Below are positions 50,951 to 64,000 of a stretch of 64,000 nucleotides of DNA, in pieces. Source of the DNA: Tubiluchus corallicola (taxonomy: Eukaryota; Animalia; Priapulida). Location of the stretch: the NCBI GenBank assembly GCA_030141605.1, contig JAQGDQ010000085.1:619442-683441 (forward strand). The letters run 5' to 3'. A program made the translations under genes and the position numbers. The notes below the pieces were generated by a model. The model was given only the letters and a program-made list of their open reading frames with translations. It was not told the origin of the DNA and ran no database searches. Positions within the stretch are counted from its first letter, which is position 1; each line of letters begins with the position of its first letter.

Positions 50951-51957
50951 GATATGGCGCTGCTTCATTTACTGCAAGGTGCTGATTTGGGTCTCCCAAC
51001 TTGTTTCTTACCTTCATCATCACATCACACATTACCACATCAAATCATCAACTTCGATCGAACAATTGAATCCACTGTGAAAACTGATGAAGAAGTTGAT
51101 ACTAGCAAAATACAGTAAAGAATAATTCGAAATTGACGCTGGCTTCGCTCTTTTTCCTATGCTTTTACGATGAACCAGTAAAATGGGAGCGGTATCATAG
51201 CCACGTCAAAGCCATGTATATACGCCCTCCCTCTAAAAGGTAAATATTCAAGGTTTAGAGTGAATATCGAACTCTCGGTGGTCGTTTGTAACTCACGTGA
51301 AAGTGCGCATACCTATCCACTCAGCTATAAATCGCCACTGCACAAAGAAATTCATTTTACTACAATTTGGACTTTTGGTAAGAAAGTTGTGACAATCAAG
51401 AGACTGGAGGAACCACTGAAAGAGGCGCTTTCAAACAAGACATTGATAGTCCAAAACAAATTGTCGTTTAATGTAATAGATGTAAGACCCATAGTGATAT
51501 AAACATCTTGAAAAAAGTCACTTTCGGTATAGGACTCAGCGAGCGTTTCCCACTTTTACCCAACTGTTGCTAGGCAGTGACATGGGATTGGCAGTGACGT
51601 CGAGCAGTCTCGTGGCAACACTTATAGTTTTCATTAACAATACATTATTATTAACACCACACTAGCAAAGGCCCCGCAAAATATTTTGCGTATAAATACA
51701 CTAATAATCAAAAATGCGCGAACATCCTACCTAGTGTTTGTTTACTTACCTAAGCAGCAGCTTTTACTGAATTAAAGCTATAAGTTTATAGACAGTATAA
51801 TGGATGACGTCACAACAATGACTTTGCGTCAGCAGTTTTCTAAGCGAAAATTGCCAAAAATCGAACATCTATTGAACTCGTCGATGCTCATCATCGTGTA
51901 GCCATGTTCTTATTCTTTCTGAAAAAGTGGTCTTGACTTTGCTTCTTCCACACATAA

Positions 51958-52051
51958 ATGGAATTTGTTGCAGCATTCATAATTGAATTTGCTTTGATGT
52001 TTTTCATACTCAGTGGATTTAGCATAAGGCAAAAAGAAATTAGTTCTCACG
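51958..52051 (+). CDS. Nested LRR gene exon 1 (signal peptide)
   Basis: The ATG at 51958 gives MEFVAAFIIEFALMFFILSGFSIRQKEISSH, then a consensus donor G|GTAAGT in phase 1, matching exon 2. Confidence 0.72.
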
Positions 52052-53431
52052 GTAAGTTGAAAAAGTCTCTACCTGGGGGGTGGGCCCTCTGTTACATCCA
52101 TGTGAGGAAAAAGTTACCAAATTGTCTGGATTATTATAATAATAACGCTTTAGCATTATACGAATTACCTAAAATTAGTAATACGGCAATGTAAACATTC
52201 ACATGTGGCACTGCAGTAGTTGTTCTTGTGTAGTCTATTGTTATCTGGATTAGACGCAAGTCTCTATAAGAACAAAGTGCCCTTATTAAGAAGTTTGCCA
52301 AGCTTAGAACTGGATAAACTTTTCCACGATGAAGTGCACCAAAAAAAACAGGTAAAACGTTCTCGATAATCTGGATGTTCTTAACTTTTTTAACGGGATC
52401 AAACAAACGCACATGCCCCTTTCATCTTGAGTTTATTTTATCTATTGTTCCATATGACATCTTAGTCACCGGAATACATGAATCAAAGATAAGATAAAAG
52501 ATAAGAATTAATCCATTTAAGGTCAATCATTTGCATGTATAACATCAGCTGTTAGATCTTTATAGTCATATTATAATAAGGTGCTGCTTAATCCATAACT
52601 TATCAAACCTAAAATCTAAACTAGTCTAAAATTACGTACAGACAGTAGAAACTACATTCTGTACAAGAGAAATAATGAATATAAAGTTATTACTTTGGCA
52701 CGATATTTACGTTACGCGATTTCAACCTAAGTTAATTAATATTAGAAACACGTACAATAAAAGCGTTTAAACATTCGACTGAACTTCATAAAATGTAAAA
52801 TTGCAAGATAATTACACGAGAAGCAGAATACGCTGGTAGCTAATTGTTATGAATAAATTTAGGAATCGTATCATCATCTAGGATTTGTATCATCATCTAG
52901 CCAAGAGTAATTGTTGTAAAACAATAAAAGTATTCACTTTAACTTAAAGGATTAGTTCATGTATGCTTATAGGTGTTACAGTTAAGCAACATTAAATTTG
53001 ATAACGAACCTGAGGATTCGCAGTGTACTGATCATTAATTAAATTTATAAAGCTCAATTGCGGGAGCTAAGCTAGTAAGCTTTAGAGATAAAGACTTTAA
53101 TCACAACGCGAAGTCGTAGAATCAATCTAGAGGGACAAGATTATCGCCCTATAGACTAATCTTAAGCTCTAGGAGCCAGGTTATAATAACCTTGTAGTGA
53201 TTAATGAGCTAAGGAGCGAATCAACCTTTAATCAATTTGTATGGTTCTATAAATCACGTGCATGCTATACGATCACTAGATATAATAATTAACAAGCGAT
53301 ATCTGATACATTAGATTATTATCAGAGAGATTATAACTGAAATAAGAATAAATAGATGTGATTTAAAGACGACCATCATATAATACACCTGTAAGGACGA
53401 AAAATCAAAATAACTTTTAGTTTTTATCCAG

Positions 53432-54273
53432 GTGGATATGCAGATGGTATCCCACATGCCCCAGTTGCAAAACGTGCCGCACCGGACTATAAAGCATGCG
53501 ATGTTGACGATGTACCCAACTGCTTATTTGCTTCACGGAGACCTTGTAATTTCTATTGTGCCTTACACAAGCAGCGCCTAAGTGCCAAAGAGCTGACAAC
53601 AATCTCAAATACTATTCCCGAATACGTTGATGAGCTCCTTATCCACAACTACAAAGAAAAACACATTCCACCTTATTTTCTGGTAGGAAAAACTGTCATA
53701 ACGCTAACACTAAATAACTGGGGCGTAGAAGCTCTGCGTCCGGGTGACTTTGCAGGCAGGATTCGAAACTTTATCATGACGAATAATGATGTCATTAAGA
53801 CTGTTGAATACAAGACATTTGCAAGCCAATACTTTCTGGAAAAAATAGAATTCATTTCCTGCAAAGCGCTGACGAAAGCAGACCTGGACCTTTCAAAAAC
53901 TACCGAGATCAAATTCATCATCTTCAAGAAGACAAACATATCCACGATGAAAGCACCAGTGTTCAGTGAAAAGATTAGACACACGTATGTGGAGAGCTTC
54001 GGAGAATACGGAGAATACGGAGAGCTTCGCATTCAAGTGTCAATTACATTGCTAGAAAATCCACTGGTCTGCAACTGTTCAACTGTTTGGCTGATAAAAA
54101 TTAAATGGAGAAATCGTAGTGTGCAATGTTTCAAACCCAAATTAGATCATTTTGATCTCAAAATGAAGCATTTCAATTGCTCCATTAATTCCGTATGGGC
54201 AATAAGAAACCATATGTTCTTTTTGTTCCCCTGTGTGTCAGCTTTTGTATCTCTTGACAGTTTTATTCTGTAA
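53432..54273 (+). CDS. Nested LRR gene exon 2: Cys cap, 5-6 divergent LRRs, LRRCT, hydrophobic C-terminus
   Basis: Acceptor TTTTTATCCAG|GT in phase 1; frame open for 842 nt. Repeats VDELLIHNYKEKHIPPYFL, VITLTLNNWGVEALRPGDF, IRNFIMTNNDVIKTVEYKTF and LEKIEFISCKALT; LRRCT LLENPLVCNCSTVWL...C..P...C. Joined product is 311 aa. Confidence 0.78.
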
Positions 54274-54404
54274 ATCTTGCATTCTCCAACTCTTTACTAA
54301 ATCCTCTGACACTCAGACGATTGTACAAATATTGTTTTGGCTAATTAAATTACGTCTGTCATCTAATATTTGTGAATTTTTATGCCCCGATTAAACGTAA
54401 TTTA

Positions 54405-54656
54405 CCAGACGGTATAGTCTAGGCGTCGCTTTCCGTCTGGGAGATCGTGAGTTCGATGCTACGGCTGGATCACACTAACGACGCTATAAATGGAACCATT
54501 TGTTGCCCTGCCTGGCACTTGGTATTTAGGGTACAACTGGGGGTAATAATAATCTCTGTTATATAGGTGTAGTTTGTATAATTTATAATCGTAGATGAAA
54601 GCTTCATGACAGGCTTGGGTCGTCTGTAGAATCTAAATTCGACTTACTAAATAAAG

Positions 54657-54739
<83 letters not shown>

Positions 54740-54750
54740 AAGTAGTAGTA
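54405..54750 (+). mobile_element. Near-complete tRNA-derived SINE with Nin-like domain and (TTA)n(GTA)n tail
   Basis: B-box GAGTTCGATGC, then GGATCACACTAACGACGCTATAAATGGAACCATTTGTTGCCCTGCCTGGCACT, then AATAAA and a trinucleotide tail. Confidence 0.7.
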
Positions 54751-57089
54751 TACGCATTACAAGCTTTTGCAGGAACAACTCCATTATTCTCACTATGAAT
54801 CTGTCAATCCAATATTTTATCCATTGAAATTGAAATCAGAGAATGCACAGATCGTCAAGGATTAAATAGATCAAATTGTGAGGTCTAGGACTTTGGTGCA
54901 AGTGGAATGGCAATGAGCTATTTTTCACGCACCGTGCAGTGTTCACGTGAGCTGTGTTGTTTTCAACAAGCAGTGCTTCGTGCCCGCGCAATAACACAAT
55001 ATTATTTATAAGGGTGCCTAACGACACAAAACGGGAAAACTCATAACGAATTTATCACGTATGCAGAGTCTACAAATATCACCTTTATATTGGAGGTGTT
55101 TTAGAACTAAATTAACCTGCGCTTCGTGCTGATAAGGAACTACTGATATCTAATTAGCAGCTGAATCCTGTTTATATTTGCTGTGTAAATAAGAACGACC
55201 CACATCCGCAAGGAACAATAATATAGGCTCATGCGCAATGATTGCTTATATGAATTTATCACATTATCATCACGAGGAGAGTGATGGTAACGTTAACCTT
55301 GTTATTTGCTCTAGTGCAATAGGATTACAGTGACATCAAAGGTTTCACTGTGCAGCACGTCTGAAAACTTGACACCTGCTGTCACTCGTTTTGTCATCAT
55401 TAGTGGCACAATGTTTGAGATTTTAGATTTAAAGTTCCCCATCTTGTTTACTAATGACGTCACTAATTGTTTACTTCTACACTCGCTCACTAAAACTTTA
55501 TAAATTTGAAACAATTACATGTTAAAAGATCTATTTTGAAATACGAAAGGAAAAATTTTGAAAGAAATACCCTTAAAAACATCTTGCATGTAATCATGAA
55601 CAACTACAATTTTGGTGACAGGCAGATGGACTGAATTTTGTAATGACGTTGACGAGATCAAGTATACATATTTTAACTTCCTATCGAATAAGTGGCTCAT
55701 TTTATTTTTTTAGTTGTACAATAAGCAGGCTTAACCTGGAGCAGGATAGTGTGATGATACAATTGCCTATTCTTGGTTTATGTTATATATTTCAGTTCGT
55801 ACTGTGATTTGTGCATGTTCTTGTCACGAGGTTGTTTTCTTGTGTTGTGCGTTACAGTCTCCTTTTAACTTCATGAATCACTGCATGTTCCTAAAGCATT
55901 TTAGTTCAAAATAGTTAATAATAATAATTGGCTTCGCCAAGTCATAACCTTAGGTATCCTTGAGTATTAACCTTAAGCAAACGTCAGCAATTCAGAAATG
56001 GGCTTTGACGCAAGAAATCTAAATTTGTTGAGAAAAATTAGCTCTAATGATGCACTAAAAACTGAAAAGTAAGCTTTTATTGTCATAGAACATCATGTCC
56101 CAGTTAGGAAAGTCCTTGGTTTTGGAAAGAGCTGCAACGTAGCTGGGTCATGACGTTCTGTGGCAATAAAATGTCTTTTCGTACATCGTTAATTAGGACT
56201 GATTTATGTCATCAACAATTCGTGATAAATGTCATCGTCTCTGCTTTGTTATTATTATCCTTATTGTCATCCTCGTCATTGCTTTCTTGCACTTATCGTT
56301 GTCATCACTGTCGCCATTGTCATCGCGATCATGTGCTTTAGCAGTGCAATTTTAACGAGCTGATTTTTTGCTGTACGAGTGCTAAAGACGTTTAGCAGGC
56401 ATCGCAGAAGGAAAACATCAAAAGTTCTTGACGAGGCCTCTAGAGTTTCGTGATGCCAAAACTTCTTGACATCAAACATGCTTTTTGCTACGCGAAATTC
56501 TTCAGCACAAAAAAGCACTTTTCAAAAACTTTCCAGCACGCCGAAACGAAAGCATAAACACGAGAAAAACACGGTATTAAAACGGGAATGCACGTGTCAA
56601 TTGGTACTTGGAAGGTTGTAGCCACTTAACAAATTGATAGGAAAACTCTCCGGGTAATAATAATAATTTATCGTCATATAATGTAGTTCAGATTGCTATT
56701 TCATGAAACTTATCAAATGTGATATGTTGTGCTTTTTGAAAGCTATTTGCAATTCTGCATCTAAGTAAAGTTCACTTAAATGTAAAATGTTAAAATGTTA
56801 GAAATTTTTGAATGAAGCCCACATTTGAACCACGGAATCTTCTGTATACAAGGTTGGCGCCTGTTAGACCACTAGGCGTCTACTGATCTCCCTAGTGATC
56901 AAGTCAGTCCCAAGTTCATCTCTAATAGCTGGCCAACCAAATTGAGTGGAAGTGCTAAATTTTTAATATAATTTCTTGAAATTTAATTACTTGTGGATTC
57001 ATGCCATCATCAATGAATATCTGTACATTTATAAATTACGTATCTTATATTTTCTTCAAGGTCTCATTCCGTCTATTGGCATTTAAGCA

Positions 57090-57370
57090 TTACCATTTAT
57101 TAGCGCATTCCACCCACTCCTATCTGCAGCTAACAGCGTACGTTTTTCTGTTCTTGAAACTAGATTTGGCTGAAGTTGCCGAAGATCTTTATTTATCTTA
57201 GATATCTAAGTTGCTTTTCATTTGTCAAGTGTTTTTTGCAAGATTTTAAGGCTACCTTTAAAGCGATTCTTACTGGTGTTTCACCTGGTAATCTTAGAAG
57301 ATGTCTTAGCCAACTTAATCTTCAGAACTTGACTTTTGAGCTCCAAGGAATTTCTTATAACGTTATCTAA
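57090..57370 (-). mobile_element. RTE-clade LINE ORF C-terminal remnant
   Basis: Minus translation IPWSSKVKF*RLSWLRHLLRLPGETPVRIAL...KDL...LAADRSGW matches the RTE RLxWxGHxxR...AxDRxxW end. Confidence 0.7.
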
Positions 57371-58798
57371 ATAATTACTCTCCGCTTAATTTTTGACCTA
57401 GCAAAACAGATTGCATCTATATACCATTGCTGATATTATTTTATATGAGCATATGTTTCGTCAGTAATGCGATGTTAATTTATTTTTTGTCTATTAATGA
57501 ACTAGTTACAAACATGAATAGAAAAACGGTAAAAGCCGATGTGCGCGTTTTTCTCGTTCCCACACACAATTCTCCTTCCGCCTTTCATCACTCTTGGCAG
57601 CATGTCTGAATGGATAAGCATCTCAGATTCACATAACTGCTTTTTCTAAACTGTGCTTTCACTGTAACTGACGCTTCTATTTCCGGCCCAGCAATTGCTG
57701 CATGCAAAGCTGCTTAACGCGTAAAAAGATAGCTTTAATATCCTTTTTTAATAAAGAAACACCTTTTTTTGTTAATTGTAACTTTTTTTATTTCGATACG
57801 ACGAACATAAAATTTATAATAACGATTCAAAACAAATATAAGCGTGGTTTCAGCCATTTATAACATTGTACGCCTACATAAGTATCTTCCCTTTCTTTGG
57901 TATGAAATTAAATTCTCTTCTTCTTCCCAGTTCCCAGTGCTGGGATCAAGCATCCGTAACAGGGCTTGCGCATCAACGATGTTTCAAAGGAAAACAGCCT
58001 AAAGAACATTTTTCGTTACAGACGTAATGAGAGTGTCAAAGTTTTAATGAATTACTGTGCTACTGTGCCTGCAAGCCTTCTAATGGATTGTAGAAAATTC
58101 AAAACTCGAGCATCGATAATATTCGATTAATGTTGTACTTAACTAGCGATAGTCATTGTCACTTAAGAAGAAAGTATGGCTTATTTTTTAGGATTGGTAA
58201 TGTGAATGCTAAAAAAGTAATTATTAATGCTTACAAGATTATCTGTGAAGGATAAATGAAAATTAACAACATTTTTATGTACGATTACGTATTATCATTG
58301 TTATTTTTATAAATCGTTCGTTTCACGCATACTAATTTCTTTCTTTGTGTGTTTATACTATTCCTTTTTATATTTTGTGTATATGTGTATTGGGCTGTAT
58401 CTGTTATGGTATGAAACAAAAGAATACTAATAACGATAATTTGAGCAAGACGGAAGCTAATCTTGTTATCAAGACTAAACCCTTAAAATGATAAGCCTTC
58501 GAACCAGCAGAGGTATTTTCACCATATTGAGATGTATCAGGGGAGGCAAAAAATGTATCGATGTTTTGATCACGATATAACGACAAGAAAATAACGGGAT
58601 CGCTTGAAAATTACCACACTGATGTTACAGATATTTACGTATAACCGTCAGGAAGTTTAGGTGATTCCTTAGATTTCCCAAAGATACAGAATTTTTAAAA
58701 ATTTTAAATCAACAAGTCAAAAAATAAATGCGTAAGAATAATTATACCATCGTTATTAAAATTTACAGCAAATTTACAGCAGGTGCAGGCAAGCGTTA

Positions 58799-58937
58799 CG
58801 GCGTGTTCAGACTAGAGTGTTTTCTCTCGCAAGTTCCCTCTGAAAGTTCTCGCAATGAATAATGCTTGTCTACAATAACTTGTGAAAGAAATTGCAAAAG
58901 ACCTTGCGAGAGACAACTCTCTAGTTTGAACGGGCCG
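58799..58937. mobile_element. PIF/Harbinger (Tourist-like) MITE, 139 bp
   Basis: About 35-bp imperfect TIRs CGGCGTGTTCAGACTAGAG... and ...CTCTAGTTTGAACGGGCCG, with TTA on both flanks (58796-98, 58938-40). Confidence 0.75.
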
Positions 58938-59842
58938 TTAGAGTGTTAACTTTCGAACGAGATATATTGTTCTGGCTGGTGACACATATTTTGTTGAAAC
59001 TCGATTACCCAGGGATACGCCCTGAATATGGACGATTTCTGCGTTATTATACGCCGCTACTACCACTTATACACCGTGTCTTGCACATACAACATACAAC
59101 GTTCAACATTTTTTTGTTTTTTTAAGTTTAACTGCAAAAAGCGCATCTTGCGTGGAATTGTATTGGCACTCCTGCTAAGAGTGCCCACCTATGTTCCTAC
59201 ATGAGGCACTATAGCTACTTGAGATTACAGACTTAGCAGGATTATCGGACAGAGGCAGACAGAAAGAGAAAGACACGAAGAACACAGTAGAATAAAGACT
59301 GTCACATATAGCAGCTTAACTTAGACTTTCACATGTTTTTAGTCGCTCAATGACTAAACTAGATAACACTAAGCGGAAAAACACTAGATAACACATACCC
59401 TAGAATTATATGTTAAACGTACTACTAGATTTGCTCATTATTTTTCAAATCGGGTAGCACCTATATGAAATTCCTTACAATCACATGTAAATGGACATCC
59501 GTTAGTAACTGCCTTGAATAACAAATTATTTCGGAAACGTTTAAATGTTTTGGATTTAAATCAGTACTTATATTACAATAGGTAAATGTAAACAAATTTC
59601 ATTGTTTAATACTATTTTAATTAGAATATTCTGTAATGTTGTGTATCCACTATAAGGCGCACTTAAATAGTACATCTCTTCCGCACTCTATGACTATTTT
59701 TATTGTTTGATAATGATTCAAAGTTTTTATTTATTTTATTGTAATCTTTTTATGGATGTCAAATAAACTAAGCTAAATTAAATTAAGCATAGGTTACAGA
59801 CAAATATGCAGCTAAGAATGTAGATTCAAAGAGATTTCTTAC

Positions 59843-60035
59843 CAGTTTTTCCGACGGCAGCCTGTCCAAGTACCAAAACTCTGACAATGCGGCCCTTGTC
59901 GCGTACATTGGACGGGAACCTCTTGAGCTTGGCCATCGCTGGCGGCCCCTCTCTTGACGCCAACGCCTTCAGATCACCCTTGCTGTTGCTACGCAGATTT
60001 CTTTCGCCGTTGGTCTCTCTGGACGAGGATAGCAT
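59843..60035 (-). CDS. RERG: RERG-like GTPase exon 1
   Basis: Encodes ...RIVRVLVLGQAAVGKT and ends at a phase-1 donor G|GTAAG that joins exon 2 to give GKTALTVRF. Start is the ATG at 60035 or at 59936. Confidence 0.85.
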
Positions 60036-61354
60036 CTCGTCGCGAAAAGAGTCCAAATGTTGGGTAAAGTCTTCGAGTCAAATTCTAACCTTATTATACT
60101 GCTGATAAGTAATGAATGTTACGAGTCTTTTGGGGCACTTTTGCTGAGAGGACGAATTTGAAGTCGTGTGTCCGAGCTGTCTCACGTCATCTCACTAATG
60201 TCACAGCACTGTCAATGCCAAAGACAAATATCTCATGATATCCCGCAATTACGCGGCTGCGCCACAATCATCAGTGCGCATGCGCGAGTATTTCGCTTGT
60301 TACCGTGGCTTCAGCGAGTGTGGCTTCGCTAACCTATTTCCACGGAAAGCTAATCAAAGGTAGACCGAAAGAACTTCGAGGATAATTAAATTTTATCAGG
60401 TACACAATAGAGACGACCGGTTTAAGCGGTTTATCGGCTTTACGTACTTATTTTAGCTATATAAGTAGTACCCAACTGGTAGGTAGTTATTATAAGTAGA
60501 TATTATAAGTGGATAGTTATTATACGCAATTAATCTAATATTCTCCTCTGGAGAAGTCTGCAGATCCCCAAAAATTTTCTGGGATAATTAAAAATATATA
60601 AATAAATATACAATAAATAAATAAACGAATAAATTATAGGCGTAAACAGCAAATTGTAGTGAACCTATATATATATATATATATATATTTAAATTTTATT
60701 TCATATCATAAAAATGCCATATAAAAGTTGAAACTTTACAATAAAAACTACTACATCTCATGCACTATTAAAAGCTGCGAAAATTTACAAAAACACGTGA
60801 TAAAAGTATATACAGAAATTAAAAATACAAACATCACTATTAATTTTGCTATATTATTAGTGTAAGAGGACAAACAGAATTTTAATAAGATGTCTGTCAC
60901 GATTTAAAAAAAGAAAAAGGTGTTTGTTGGAGACTTTGTACATCCATTCATGTATCAATCTTCATATTTATAATCGAATCAACAGGAGTTAAAGGGGTGA
61001 AAAATTGGCTATTGGTATTTCTCCAGTATTGTGAAACTATAGCATATGTGTTAGGGTAATTTTGTACAACGAAATAACAAATCTGTGGGTTCTAGGAAAG
61101 TCAGAAACAATGCAACTAGTTATTATTGGTACTTCAATGTATATTAAATATTAAATACCTTCGATTTTGGACGAATTTTTCTGTTTACTTATTTATTTCA
61201 GCTAGGCTATAACTCAGAAGCTATAGAGATTTGGAAAATGAAGCTGCGTCAACTTATAGGCAGGCCTGGGTGGGGAAACGACCGCAATAGCATCTTACGA
61301 CTTTGCGACGGCATCCATTTCTTGGCCAGTTGACCGATTTAATTCGAAACTCTG

Positions 61355-61720
61355 CTACTTAACTGTGGTTTCTGTCAATTTAGTCGAGTACAGTTCTCTG
61401 TTAAACTTTGTCACTTTAGTATCTAGAACGGCCATTTTTTGTAATTTCCTGATATGATTGCACGGTCTCGCTATCAATGTTATTCAGTTTTTGTCAAAAG
61501 AAGCTAAACTAGAATCTGCATTACCTAGCTGAGAAGATTATACTGACTGGAGCCGCTATATTAGTATTATCTTCTAGTTTAGCTTCTTTAAAAAAGTGAA
61601 AAACATTGATATTTATTATTACACGAAATTACGAAAAAAATGGCCGCTCTAGACAATGAAGTGATCGAAATTTGGAAGAACTTGGAGTAGTAACGCCCAC
61701 TGCAGAAGCTCACAGTTGAA
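61355..61720. mobile_element. Foldback/MITE-like long imperfect inverted repeat
   Basis: CTAGAACGGCCATTTTTTGTAATTTC pairs with GAAATTACGAAAAAAATGGCCGCTCTAG, and AGAAGCTAAACTAGAA with TTCTAGTTTAGCTTCT. Weaker symmetry may extend to about 61120-61890. Confidence 0.7.
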
Positions 61721-62203
61721 CTCGTTAGATTTAGTCGACTTTGTACGGCTTTTATATTCGTTTCCACCAGGAGTCATAATATCAAAAATAATCGCCAGCT
61801 CGAAAACGTAATAATTCGAAATTCGGTGATTTTACAATTTTTATTAGAGCAAGCAATCTTCTACAGCCAAAGGTACATTGAACGCCAAAGTAGAATTTAA
61901 TGCTTATTTTTAACATTGGTAAATCATTTTTGAATATTAACAAATCAATTATGAATATTCATAAATCATTTATTAATTTTAATAAATGCCTTTAATTTAC
62001 TAACATTAAAAAATGTTTTATATATATATATGTATCATTTTCTATTATTAGTTCATTATCATTTTGATAAAAATACGTTAAATATGTTTTTATCATATGC
62101 TGAAAAAATGATAAAAAACGTAAAAATGACAAAAATATATCATTTTTTACTAACATTACAAAAATTATACATATATAATTATATATATTGGACTGCTCTC
62201 CAC

Positions 62204-62477
62204 TTTTAGTGGAGGCAGAACGGATGGCACCGCGGCCTACCCCGTGCGGCATGACTCAAAGACAAAAACCAAAATGAATAAAATAAAAATGACGATTTAT
62301 TACCCAAACAAAATAAATGTTCCAGACAGCTTACCGAATGGAGCGACAGAAAGTCTGATGAAGTGCGAACAGAGCTGAGATGAGATGAGACGCCCACTGA
62401 CCACTGACAAGGATCTACAGCAGACCTACCCTTTTTATAAGCTCAGGTGTGCACGTGACTAGTGGCTCCCACTAACA
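62204..62477 (-). mobile_element. Possible solo LTR
   Basis: Short inverted termini (TGTTAGTGG on the minus strand versus TTTTAGTGG on the plus strand), TATA-like TTATAAAAAGG and a downstream AATAAA on the minus strand. No TSD. Confidence 0.35.
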
Positions 62478-63337
62478 CAAGGTCAGAATAAGCGCCTATG
62501 TGCTAGTTAAAGCCACGTTCACACGCACACCTGAGAAGTCTGCTGTATTCTCCTGTCAGTATTACAGTACCTCATCACAGCCCTGCAGTACAATATATAT
62601 ATATAAACATTCCCAGAATATGGGCCTTTTAAGAGGGTGGCCAGCTGACCCAACATCAGCTCTCCTCAAACTTTTGCACACGGCCATCGGGCTTACTTTC
62701 TTCGCAGTATCCCCGATTTGCGCCATTCCATCTTTTGCCTCAACTTAAGATTTGATTATCCCAGCTTTCATTTCGTCCATAAGTTATTGCGCCATGAAAA
62801 ACCTCCATCCACCACATTAAGCTTGACTCCTTTTATTTTCTTTCATAACACTGTGTTGTGAAACTATAGTCATTATGCACTGTTTTTCGACAGCAGTGGA
62901 AATGCCCATGCAGATTGGTATGCAGTGTCACTCAGTGTTATGTAATAACAGAATGTACAACTGTTTCCATCTGTTAAGGATCGGTTACACTTATGCAGTT
63001 CAGTTATAGCTGAACTCGTGCTTAAAAGTGCATGGGTCAAGTTCATGTGTAAGCCACTCTGTGTGCGGTAAGACTACTAGCAGCACATATACAGAGATGC
63101 TGCAGATGTAGACAGGTATACACCACAGTAACAGTAAAAGCAGCAAAAACAGTAGAGAAAAAACAGAAAACCAGGTCTGCTAACAATAGTTATAGCAATA
63201 GGCTGGGTTAGCTACCATAAGCTTTTTATAAAACTACTGAATGCTGTTATTCCCAAAATTATTACTCGTTTTTGCTCGTATTATTACTACACTCGACCAT
63301 AGACGTGGTGAAGATGTGATGTTCGCTCTTCCACGCC

Positions 63338-63520
63338 ATTCAATGCAAAAATGGAATGGGACAAGGAAGTTGTCCACCCCCTAAGCTTTTTAATCAGTAC
63401 TTTAAGCAGTTTAGCGTCGGTTTTATCAAGAATGGAAAAAGTGGTTGTGCAATAGATAATTTTAGTGTCAATCATCTTATGTTTGCAGACGACACTTGCC
63501 TTATTTCACCGTCAATCGAC
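63338..63520 (+). mobile_element. Non-LTR retrotransposon reverse transcriptase fragment
   Basis: NGMGQGSCPPPKLFNQY...GCAIDNFSVNHLMFADDTCLISPS covers the RT QGxxLSP and (Y/F)ADD motifs. Confidence 0.8.
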
Positions 63521-64000
63521 CCTCCATATTTCACTTGATACTTTTTTGGAATTTGCTCCATGAAAAAAAGACAAAGCTTATCACTATAAAATCGAAAATT
63601 GTATACTGTTTGGGATTTTTGTAAAAAATGTCCACAAAACGTCATGTGATTTAATCGGCTTTATTAAATATCCACACACAAACAAGAAATCAACCGACTG
63701 ACCAACCAATTAACCAAGAACCATGTGCCATTAACTATTAACCAATAACCTTTAACCATGAACCGATAATGTTTTATCTGCAAATAGAATAGACATTTTT
63801 ACTGCCTCTGCACGTTAGAATAAACATATTGATTAGCTTGATAAACAAATATGATTCTGAATTCTTAAATCAAGTCCACATAATATTGGTAATATAATAA
63901 ACAAAATTGACTTACATATTTGCCTCTTTCAACCTTAAAATTAATCATAATTCACGTAAGCACATAAGCACAAAAACACGTCGATCAGCTTTGAGATCGA

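Overview
AT-rich eukaryotic (invertebrate metazoan-like) genomic DNA. The first 12.6 kb is a dense block of foreign elements, all on the minus strand. From left to right: a BEL/Pao pol fragment; an intron-containing Dada-like (DUF6729-type) transposase gene split at its DxxH motif by a 2.25-kb Buster-type hAT (15-bp TIRs, 8-bp TSD); an uninterrupted 474-codon fragment of a negative-strand RNA virus L protein (RdRp C-terminal part plus capping motifs A-D); and a ZMYM1-type hAT whose transposase is cut off where the viral sequence begins. The rest holds a quick-to-court-like coiled-coil/GRIP gene and a three-exon RERG-like small GTPase. Its 24-kb first intron contains, on the opposite strand, an intact two-exon signal-peptide/LRR/LRRCT gene and a decayed paralog. 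Other features are a Penelope-type palindrome with a hammerhead-like core, LINE/SINE/MITE remnants and microsatellites. Family calls come from remembered motifs, not database searches.
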